Of a stretch of 64,000 bases of DNA, positions 45,502 through 53,276 are shown one piece after another (the first letter of the stretch is position 1; each line of letters starts with the position of its first letter). Under the pieces are notes generated by a model. That model was not told the DNA's origin, ran no database searches, and saw nothing but the letters and a program-made list of their open reading frames with translations. Both the position numbers and the translations under genes were made by a program. Origin of the DNA: an uncultured Alphaproteobacteria bacterium (GTDB taxonomy: Bacteria; Bacteroidota; Ignavibacteria; Palsa-1295); contig CAYOJJ010000018.1 of the NCBI GenBank assembly GCA_964404255.1, positions 356-64,355 on the forward strand. The letters are read 5' to 3'.

Positions 45502-46865
45502 TAGCCGTAAATACCGCGCAGACGGAGGGTCTTTGCTACCTTATCGATAGCAAGGATATACGAGCTTAAGCGAAGCGGCACATTATGACGCTTGCTGTTT
45601 TCATAGACACGATCGAAAGCGCCGATCATAGCATCTTCGAGACGTTTGTTTACCGTGTCGAGATCCCAATAGTATCCCATGCGGTTCTGTACCCATTCAA
45701 AGTAGCTGACCTTCACACCGCCGGCATTAGCAAGAATATCCGGGATAACCATAATACCATTCGATTCAAGAATCGAATCGGCACTGGCGCTTGTGGGGCC
45801 GTTTGCACCTTCGACGATAAGCTTTGCCTTGACATCTGCGGCATTCTCATCGGTGATACGATCTTCACGAGCTGCCGGAACGAGTACATCGCAATGAAGA
45901 GTCAGTAACTCGTCGTTGGTGATCCTTTCAGCGCCCTTAAAACCTTCGAGCAGGTTACCGTGTGTTTCCGACCATTTAATAGCAGCATCGATATCGATAC
46001 CTTTCGCATTATAATAGCCACCGGTGACATCGGAAATACCGACGATCTTTGCACCCTGATCCTGCAACGATGCAGCACTGATAGAACCGACATTTCCAAA
46101 TCCCTCGACCGCAACGGTTGCTTTCTTCGGATTGATCTTGAGCTTCTGCATACCACAGAGTGCTGCATGCATAACTCCACGGCCGGTTGCCTCACGGCGC
46201 CCACGGCTTCCACCGAGTACCAATGGCTTGCCGGTTACGACACCCGGTTCGGTACGCTTCATGTGCATCGAATAAGTATCGAGGATCCAGGCCATCACCT
46301 GCTCGTTCGTATTCACATCCGGTGCCGGAATATCACGATCCGGACCGAAAACGTCGAGCATGTTTGCAGTATAACGACGCGTGATCGATTCGAGCTGACG
46401 CTGCGTAAGCTTACGCGGGTCGCAGCGGACACCACCTTTAGCACCACCGAACGGTATATCGATAACGGCGCACTTCCAGGTCATCCAGGCAGCGAGTGCC
46501 TTTACTTCATCAAGATTTACATCGGGGGCGTAACGAATACCGCCTTTCGAGGGGCCGAGAATATCATTATGAACGACACGATACCCTTCGAAAATTTCGA
46601 TCGATCCATCATCCATCGCAATCGGGATGGAGACGATCACACATTTAACGGGGGTTTTGAGATAGTTATAAATTCCGGGTTCGAGACCTAAGATATCTGC
46701 AGCTTTATCGAAGCGCTGCATCATCGATTCAAGCGGGCTATCGTGAGAGACGGCAGCCTGGGGTTTTGCTTTTACCGGAGCCGGTTCTTTATAGCTTGCC
46801 GGTTCCTCGTCGCTAAAGCGGCGTTTCGTATTAGGTTTCGTTTTTGACGAAGGTTGTTTTGCCAT
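45501..46865 (-). CDS. gdhA: Glutamate dehydrogenase (Glu/Leu/Phe/Val dehydrogenase family) with ~45-aa Lys/Pro-rich N-terminal extension
   Basis: PSKGGIRY, FGGAKGG, and Rossmann motif GFGNVG. Confidence 0.9.
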   Translation of the reverse strand: MAKQPSSKTKPNTKRRFSDEEPASYKEPAPVKAKPQAAVSHDSPLESMMQRFDKAADILGLEPGIYNYLKTPVKCVIVSIPIAMDDGSIEIFEGYRVVHNDILGPSKGGIRYAPDVNLDEVKALAAWMTWKCAVIDIPFGGAKGGVRCDPRKLTQRQLESITRRYTANMLDVFGPDRDIPAPDVNTNEQVMAWILDTYSMHMKRTEPGVVTGKPLVLGGSRGRREATGRGVMHAALCGMQKLKINPKKATVAVEGFGNVGSISAASLQDQGAKIVGISDVTGGYYNAKGIDIDAAIKWSETHGNLLEGFKGAERITNDELLTLHCDVLVPAAREDRITDENAADVKAKLIVEGANGPTSASADSILESNGIMVIPDILANAGGVKVSYFEWVQNRMGYYWDLDTVNKRLEDAMIGAFDRVYENSKRHNVPLRLSSYILAIDKVAKTLRLRGIYG

Positions 46866-47036
46866 AGTTTATACACAAATAGATTCAAAGCCGAAGGGGG
46901 CTTTCTTTCGAGCGTGAGAAAACAATCAGAACGGCAAATTCTTTCCCTTGAAAATAGAGGGGCGTTGCAGGCCGCAGGACATAAAAATTCCCCGATTATT
47001 ATACAAAGTTCAAAGGAATATTACTAACATCAAGGG

Positions 47037-47915
47037 TTATTGCCGGCGGTTACGGGCGATCGTCTCATCGAAAAGCTCGCGCGTAAGCAGCAGATCTTCA
47101 TCGAGCATATGGCGGGAAAATTGTCGTGCTTTTGCAATGGCAGAATAATCCATTTCTCCGATCGCAAGATCTTCTTCGAAAAACTTACCGTGCATAATGA
47201 CATTTCCGGAAGGATCTACCAGTTCGGAACCTCCCCAAAAATTCACTCCGTCTTCTACCCCTACGCGGTTACAGAAGGCAATGAACACACTAAAGAGCCG
47301 TGCATATGCCACATGATGCTCTTTATTGATCGTATAATTTCCGGGTACCGATGGCTCAGCGTTACTACCACTTTCGATGCGGGTAGGACTTGCAGCAATA
47401 GTAATGATACTTTGAGCACCCTGGTAGGTAAGTAAATAGGGCAACGACGGATGCCATAGATCTTCGCAAACGAGTACCCCTATCTTCCCGAGTCGCTTCG
47501 ATTCGAAAGCCAGTGCTTTATTACCGGCAAGAAAATAACGCTGTTCTTCGAAAATACCATAGGTCGGCGGGTAGATCTTCCGATGCGTGTGAATCAACTC
47601 ACCACCCTCAAAGACGAATGCCGCATTGTGAACTCCACCTGAAAGAGCCCGTTCGACACCACCACAAATAATGGTAATGTTGTTGCTAAGCGAGCGAAGT
47701 TCTGCAAGACGCGGATCGGCGGCGGCATCGAGTGCGACTTCGATATTCAAATCCCGAAGCGTATAGCCGCTTAACGAAAGCTCTGGAAAAATAACGGCAT
47801 GCGCACCTTCTGCTATTGCCTGTTTCACAAAATCACAATGGTGATTTGCATTCTTCTCTATATCGCCGATAACGGCTTTGGTCTGGGCGGTTGCCAAACG
47901 AATCGGTGATGACAT
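47037..47915 (-). CDS. Carbon-nitrogen hydrolase (nitrilase superfamily)
   Basis: Glu-Lys-Cys triad context: FPELSLSGY, HRKIYPP, and VLVCEDLWHP. Confidence 0.8.
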   Translation of the reverse strand: MSSPIRLATAQTKAVIGDIEKNANHHCDFVKQAIAEGAHAVIFPELSLSGYTLRDLNIEVALDAAADPRLAELRSLSNNITIICGGVERALSGGVHNAAFVFEGGELIHTHRKIYPPTYGIFEEQRYFLAGNKALAFESKRLGKIGVLVCEDLWHPSLPYLLTYQGAQSIITIAASPTRIESGSNAEPSVPGNYTINKEHHVAYARLFSVFIAFCNRVGVEDGVNFWGGSELVDPSGNVIMHGKFFEEDLAIGEMDYSAIAKARQFSRHMLDEDLLLTRELFDETIARNRRQ

Positions 47916-47916
47916 C

Positions 47917-48387
47917 TTAGCTGATGGAAACGTCGTTCGTTAACTGATTATCTTTTTGAGCGCTCGTTTGCGGGAGCGCTGTTTTCAGATGAGTAGCGAT
48001 AGAGCGCAAGGCGGCGTGCAGGCCTTCTTCAAACTGGGCATGAGAGAAATGATGTTTTAAGACCTGCGCTACTTCAGTCCACGTTGACGGATCGACGCGC
48101 TCATGAATTCCTTTATCGCCATAGACGTAAAACTTCCGTTCGGCATACAGAATAAAGAGCAAAACGCCGTTTCTGCCGGAAGTCTTATCCATCTCTAATT
48201 TAAAGAACTCCTTCTCGGCAAGCGCTTCGATACTTATACCGCCCATAGCATTATCACGCTCATCGATAATAGAAATTCTGATCTCAGCCGAGGTATGCTG
48301 TTCGACTTCGGCAATAGTCGCGGCAATACGATCTAACGCTTCGGAAGAGAATGCCTCTTTTGCATGAGTCGGTTGATGATGTGCCAT
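47917..48387 (-). CDS. TPM-domain protein (TLP18.3/Psb32/MOLO-1 family)
   Basis: SAEIRISIID.., GVLLFILYAERKFYVYGDKGI. Confidence 0.7.
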   Translation of the reverse strand: MAHHQPTHAKEAFSSEALDRIAATIAEVEQHTSAEIRISIIDERDNAMGGISIEALAEKEFFKLEMDKTSGRNGVLLFILYAERKFYVYGDKGIHERVDPSTWTEVAQVLKHHFSHAQFEEGLHAALRSIATHLKTALPQTSAQKDNQLTNDVSIS

Positions 48388-48391
48388 AGGA

Positions 48392-50011
48392 TTATACTAT
48401 TTTACGAATGATGGTATTTTTAGTAGCGAGCTTAGGATCGGGTTTTGGATAATCGGTAGTATAATGCAGTCCCCTGCTTTCTTTACGGGCCAAAGCAGAG
48501 CGCACGATGATCAGCGCTACGGTCGCAAGATTTCGAAGTTCGAGCAGCGGCATCGTCACTTTCGTTTTGCGGTAGTATTGTTCGATCTCACGGCCAATAA
48601 GCTCCAGGCGGCGTTTGGCCCGCATTAGGCGATAGTTCGAACGAACGATACCGACATAATCCCACATAAGCTGCTGCACTTCCCGACGGTCGTGCTCTAT
48701 AACAACCCATTCTTCGGCATTTTCGGTACCGGAAGCATCCCATTCTTTTAGTTTTGGAATATGCTTACTCTTGGTTGCATCGTGCACTGCCAGCAGATCG
48801 TCGGCAGCCCGTTTAGAAAAGACAAGCGATTCCAGCAATGAGTTGCTGGCCAGGCGGTTTGCTCCGTGCACCCCGGTCATTGTTACTTCACCGGTAGCAT
48901 ACAATCCTTTTATATTCGTACGGCCATTGAGATCGGTCATGACCCCTCCACAACTATAATGGGCTGCCGGTACGACCGGAATCGGTTCTTTTGTAATATC
49001 GATCCCGGCTTCTTTGCAATGGGAGCTGACGTTGGGAAATTCTTCTAATATCTTTTTGGCGGGTAAATGAGAAATATCGAGAAGGACGTAGGGATCGCCA
49101 TGTTTTTTAAGTTCGGCATCAATTGCCCGCGCTACAATATCTCTTGGAGCCAGCTCCATTCGTTTCGGGTCATAGCGCTTCATAAAGCGCTCACCCTCAA
49201 GATTTTTCAAAATTCCACCCGCACCACGGATGGCTTCGGTGATCAAAAAGGAATTTCTCTTTCCACCGTATAATGCCGTCGGATGAAATTGAATAAATTC
49301 CATGTTCGCGATCGTTGCTCCGGCCCTGTAAGCGATCGCAACACCATCGCCGGTTGCAATAAGTGGATTGGTCGTATGCAGGTACACCTGGCCGCACCCA
49401 CCGGTGGCGAGCATTACCGCCACTTTCGAACGAATGATCGAGACTTTTCCTGTCTGCTCATTCAATACGTAGGCGCCATAACAATGAATACCTCGGGATT
49501 CGGCGCTTTTTTTATCCAATCGCTGGTGATCGGTCAGTAGCTCGATAGCCACATGATCTTCAATCAGCTTAATATTTTTGTTTCTTCCTACTGCCCGCAG
49601 CAGTGTTTTCTCAACTTCTTTACCGGTCAGATCATGGGCATGGACAATACGATTAAACGTATGACCACCTTCCTTACCCAGATCTAATTCTCCTTTTTTA
49701 TTTTTTGTGAACGATGCTCCGAGCCGCAGCAGATCGTAAATACGTTCCGGCCCTTCATACACCAGGGTTTTCACTGCTTCATAATCGCAAAGGCCTGCTC
49801 CGGCAATAAGTGTATCTTCAATATGAGAGGCAAACGAATCTTCTGTCCTGATGACGGAGGCTATCCCTCCCTGGGCATAATTCGTATTCGATTCGGATCG
49901 TTCTTTCTTTGTTATGACGATCACCTTCAATGAACTGCGGGAAGCTACTTCCAGGGCAAAGAACAAGCCGGCAGCCCCGGAACCAAGAATAAGTATATCG
50001 GTCTCTATCAC
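48392..50011 (-). CDS. nadB: L-aspartate oxidase
   Basis: FAD motif DILILGSGAAGL, FIQFHPT, HYSCGGV, and GANRLASNSLLE. Confidence 0.9.
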   Translation of the reverse strand: MIETDILILGSGAAGLFFALEVASRSSLKVIVITKKERSESNTNYAQGGIASVIRTEDSFASHIEDTLIAGAGLCDYEAVKTLVYEGPERIYDLLRLGASFTKNKKGELDLGKEGGHTFNRIVHAHDLTGKEVEKTLLRAVGRNKNIKLIEDHVAIELLTDHQRLDKKSAESRGIHCYGAYVLNEQTGKVSIIRSKVAVMLATGGCGQVYLHTTNPLIATGDGVAIAYRAGATIANMEFIQFHPTALYGGKRNSFLITEAIRGAGGILKNLEGERFMKRYDPKRMELAPRDIVARAIDAELKKHGDPYVLLDISHLPAKKILEEFPNVSSHCKEAGIDITKEPIPVVPAAHYSCGGVMTDLNGRTNIKGLYATGEVTMTGVHGANRLASNSLLESLVFSKRAADDLLAVHDATKSKHIPKLKEWDASGTENAEEWVVIEHDRREVQQLMWDYVGIVRSNYRLMRAKRRLELIGREIEQYYRKTKVTMPLLELRNLATVALIIVRSALARKESRGLHYTTDYPKPDPKLATKNTIIRKIV

Positions 50012-50029
50012 AAAATACTAAACAACTTC

Positions 50030-50065
50030 TATGAAAAACGAATGCCCTTCGAAATCGAAGGGCAT
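50030..50065 (-). terminator. Rho-independent terminator downstream of the beta-barrel OMP gene
   Basis: On the minus strand: TGCCCTTCG-ATTT-CGAAGGGCA followed by TTCGTTTTTC. Confidence 0.7.
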
Positions 50066-50092
50066 CCTGTTACAATACGATTGTTTCGACTT

Positions 50093-50776
50093 TTAGAAGT
50101 GAACAACTAAATGAACATTACCATTATTGGTAATGGCAATAGCAGAGGTCGAAGGAGCGTCTGTTGTCGTTCCGGCAACAGTAGCGCTTGCTGAACCCGA
50201 GCTAAAGCCGAGCATATATTCAGCACCAACAGCCAGGCCATGGGTAAAATACCAATCGAAACCAGCTAATACCCCAATACCGAACGAAGAGCCTGAATAG
50301 GATGTCTCGGTCGTGGTACCGCCCGATGTTACTTCATTCTTGCTGCTGCCACCGGCATAGGAAAGTTGTGCTCCGAAATAGGGAGACGTGGAATACACGG
50401 CGCGGGTATGCATTTCGATACCGACTGCAACACCATAATTAGTGTAGGTATTCTTACCACCTTTTTCAGCATCACCATTGCTGCTGGTACCAAAACCAAG
50501 TATAGCACGCAATGCAAGATCGTCTGAAAGATAATACTTATACCCTGCGCCCGCTACCTGCACCATGCTTGGGCCAACCGTTACCGGATCTCCGATATTC
50601 ATAGCAGGCATACCAAGAGTCGATAATCCCTGAAATGCAAAAACCCAGGCAGCTGAACCAGCTTTGGTGCTCGGGCGGATGATGGAGTTATCCTCTCCTC
50701 CCTGAGCACGGCTCATTCCTACAAAACCGGCTAAGATAAGAAGTACGAGTGTAACTTTGAAAAGTGAACGTGACAT
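50093..50776 (-). CDS. Outer membrane beta-barrel protein (porin/OmpA-barrel-like)
   Basis: Signal peptide, alternating Gly/aromatic beta-strand pattern, and C-terminal VHLVVHF with a terminal Phe (beta-signal). Confidence 0.7.
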   Translation of the reverse strand: MSRSLFKVTLVLLILAGFVGMSRAQGGEDNSIIRPSTKAGSAAWVFAFQGLSTLGMPAMNIGDPVTVGPSMVQVAGAGYKYYLSDDLALRAILGFGTSSNGDAEKGGKNTYTNYGVAVGIEMHTRAVYSTSPYFGAQLSYAGGSSKNEVTSGGTTTETSYSGSSFGIGVLAGFDWYFTHGLAVGAEYMLGFSSGSASATVAGTTTDAPSTSAIAITNNGNVHLVVHF

Positions 50777-50902
50777 ACGTGTTCCTCCAAATGGATTGTG
50801 AAAAAAGTAAAGAAACTACATTCTACACACTACAAATATATTAATAAATTATAAGAACGCCGGGAGAATTACGGATTTGTGGAAAACCTATTTATTCACA
50901 AA

Positions 50903-51541
50903 TCAATCGTTCATCCTCATTGGTGTTTCAGGGAGGTCCTGATGAGCCATGATCTTAATAATATCGATAAGCATTGAAGAACGCTCTTTGAGTACCTCAA
51001 CGGTAGCATCATTGGTAACGACAAAATCGCTGTGATCTTCCATTGCCGGAGTATAAGCCTGATCTTTGAGGCGACGCTTGAGATCTTCCTCCTCAAAGCG
51101 GGAAAGCTTTTTATTCCGATACACGATCTCATCATCGCTGCAGGCGACAAGAATAATCGCATCGAATAAGGCATCGTATCCGCTCTGGAATAATAGTGCT
51201 GACTCGACGGCGATGATCTCTCCCGGTTTTGCTTCGAGAAAGCGTTGCTCGATCTGCTGCATGACGCGCGGATGAATGATCTTTTCCAGAGAGAATTTTT
51301 TGATTTGATCGGAAAAGATAGCCTCGGCGATAAACGAAGTATTTATTCCATCTTCGGTATACGCTTGCGTCCCGAAAATATTATTCACAAGTTTTCGGAC
51401 CTCATCATCGCTTTGCATCAATTCCTTCGCCAAGATATCAGTATTAAGTACGGTAATACCGGCCTGCTCGAATTCAGCAGCAACCGTGGATTTACCGCTG
51501 CTTATCTTTCCCGTAATGCCTAAACGAAACGCTCGTTTCAT
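50903..51541 (-). CDS. coaE: Dephospho-CoA kinase
   Basis: LGITGKISSGKST P-loop, with typical CoaE length and layout. Confidence 0.88.
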   Translation of the reverse strand: MKRAFRLGITGKISSGKSTVAAEFEQAGITVLNTDILAKELMQSDDEVRKLVNNIFGTQAYTEDGINTSFIAEAIFSDQIKKFSLEKIIHPRVMQQIEQRFLEAKPGEIIAVESALLFQSGYDALFDAIILVACSDDEIVYRNKKLSRFEEEDLKRRLKDQAYTPAMEDHSDFVVTNDATVEVLKERSSMLIDIIKIMAHQDLPETPMRMND

Positions 51542-51552
51542 ATAAATAAAAA

Positions 51553-51948
51553 GTGGTTCTTACAGAAGGTACCTCAACGCGGGTCGTTCAAAGGGGACAC
51601 AGACCCGGCCCTGCCGTGTAGTACCGAAGGACGTACTCTCGAAAGAGCGCGTGGATCGGCGCACGAGATGGGCCGGATGCTGCCGGTAATTGCTTACCGG
51701 AACAAAGGCTAAAAGAACCGATGTCCTTTTATAAACGGGCGCCTGCATTTCTTACCTTTTACTTCCACTGTCCCTCATCCGGCGGAGCCCGAAGCTCGGC
51801 ACGACCTATTGGAGTTCCGTATTGCTACGGTGAGGCCTGTAATTGGTACAAATCGCATCAGACGTCCATAGAGTCTATTTGTAAGGTTCTTTTTCGCGTT
51901 GTTGATCCCCAGTGCCGGCTTTCCGCCGGTACCTTCTGTAAGAACCAC
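51553..51948 (-). ncRNA. Candidate large structured RNA (396 nt) of unknown family, closed by a perfect 21-bp terminal helix
   Basis: Terminal arms 51553-51573 and 51928-51948 are perfect reverse complements. Nested helices and hairpins were found by hand. Two GCAA and one to three UUCG(-like) loops, plus G-U pairs, exist only in the minus-strand reading. A U-tract follows the 3' arm. See findings. Confidence 0.5.
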
Positions 51949-52132
51949 AAACTTATGGATCATACACTCATAGAACACAATGTTAAGACTAAATTTATCC
52001 CGATCTTTACACCCAAATGCCGATTTCTTTCAAAATGAGGGCTTTTTACCGAAAATAAAATCCCTTTTCGAGTGTAACATTCATAATTTCATCTGCGTAG
52101 GCATTCGTTTGTGAACCGGGCTTTACCGGAGC

Positions 52133-53203
52133 TTGGGTGCTGTTCGCTATTTTCTCAATGAAGGCATAGCAATTTTGACTATTACAACCTCATACCTGAA
52201 GAGACACAGAACGACAATTCTTGTTGTTCTCTCGGTTGCCGCAATCAGCGGTGTTTCTTTAGCCGCTATAGGTGTATTCCGAATCCCGGTAAAATTCGAT
52301 GGTCGTGAAAAACGGGTCAATGTCAATATCAAAGCGCCATACGGTGCTATTGCTGTCTATTCCGGGGCGCCGGCCGGCTATGCAGCCCTGATCGAATCAC
52401 AATCCAGCGACCCGGATGATAATCCTTCCATCCATGCCCGATATTATTATAATGCCGTTGGTGCTGTAGGCATGTTGAAACTTACGGTAGGTTCGGACGA
52501 GGGGATGCTTACTCAGCCAAAAGAATATGCCGAAGGATGGCTTGCTTCAAATGACGGATTTTCCCTTGCCGGCTACTCTACTATTCATACCGATGCCGGT
52601 TCCTATTCTACCCGAGATGTCTATGATCCGAGTCCCGGAGCCTATTCCAAGTCCAGCTCCGACGATATTTCAAGAGTCTTTCTTACCAGAGAATTGCCGA
52701 TGACCCTGAGCGCCGAACTTGGCTTCGGCGAGTCGATGCTCGATCTGAGCGGCTTACAACTTCAAACTGCCATGATCGAAACAAGCGCTGCAAAATCCCG
52801 CATTGTTAATCATTATAAGAATCCTATTCCGATGGACCACCTGACAGTAAATGCCGGTCTCGGTGAGTGTATCATGGATGGTCTTTGCAATTATAACTGT
52901 ACCCGTCTCGATTTTTCCGGTGGTATCGGTTACTATGAACTGCACTTTAATGGCAGTTTGCAACGCAACCTTGATGCTCATGTGGAAGTTGGCTGTGGGA
53001 AGGTCGTTCTTAGTATTGCTCCGGATGCCGGAAGAGTACAGGTGATCTATGACGATAATATTTTCAGTTCGTATTCTTTTGATGGTTTAAATAAACGCCG
53101 CGACGGATATTATACCAGTGTCGGCTTCGATCAATCGAATGCTCCGATGATCACACTTCGCCTTTCGGCTGGTGTCGGCAAAGTGGTGGTGATTTATAAA
53201 TAA
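52133..53203 (+). CDS. Hypothetical membrane-anchored protein, C-terminal beta-rich toast-rack-like domain (DUF2154/DUF4097-like) suspected
   Basis: N-terminal TM (TILVVLSVAAISGVSLAAIGVF). The C-terminus has repeated short beta-strand units (VNAGLGECIM, LDFSGGIGYYELHF, VEVGCGKVVLSI, LSAGVGKVVVIY). Only TTG starts are available (52133 or 52175). Confidence 0.55.
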   Translation: MGAVRYFLNEGIAILTITTSYLKRHRTTILVVLSVAAISGVSLAAIGVFRIPVKFDGREKRVNVNIKAPYGAIAVYSGAPAGYAALIESQSSDPDDNPSIHARYYYNAVGAVGMLKLTVGSDEGMLTQPKEYAEGWLASNDGFSLAGYSTIHTDAGSYSTRDVYDPSPGAYSKSSSDDISRVFLTRELPMTLSAELGFGESMLDLSGLQLQTAMIETSAAKSRIVNHYKNPIPMDHLTVNAGLGECIMDGLCNYNCTRLDFSGGIGYYELHFNGSLQRNLDAHVEVGCGKVVLSIAPDAGRVQVIYDDNIFSSYSFDGLNKRRDGYYTSVGFDQSNAPMITLRLSAGVGKVVVIYK

Positions 53204-53226
53204 ATTGTTGTTCGTATGGTTTAAAG

Positions 53227-53259
53227 TAAAAAAGGCATCTCAATCGAGATGCCTTTTTT
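53227..53259. terminator. Bidirectional rho-independent terminator
   Basis: AAAAAAA-GGCATCTC-AATC-GAGATGCC-TTTTTT, between convergent genes. Confidence 0.8.
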
Positions 53260-53276
53260 ATTAGAGGTAATTTGTT

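Noticed and set aside
51553-51948. I considered whether the structured element is RNase P RNA, because of its size (~400 nt) and terminal helix. I also considered tmRNA and SRP RNA.
   Set aside because: - Neither strand contains the universal P4 motifs GAGGAAAGUCC and ACAGAAnnCGGCUUA. The closest match is GGCGGAAAGCCGGC, which is a local hairpin lacking the bulged U.
- An uninterrupted 21-bp P1 leaves no room for the P4 3' strand.
- There is no tRNA-like acceptor/T-arm or ...CCA end for tmRNA.
- There is no SRP domain IV (GGAAG..AGCA) motif.
51560-52038. ORFs 51560-51748 (-), 51721-52038 (+) and 51775-51978 (-) lie inside or over the structured element.
   Set aside because: They are short, mutually overlapping, and lack start context and recognisable motifs. 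They sit in a region whose base-pairing pattern explains its conservation-type features better than coding does.
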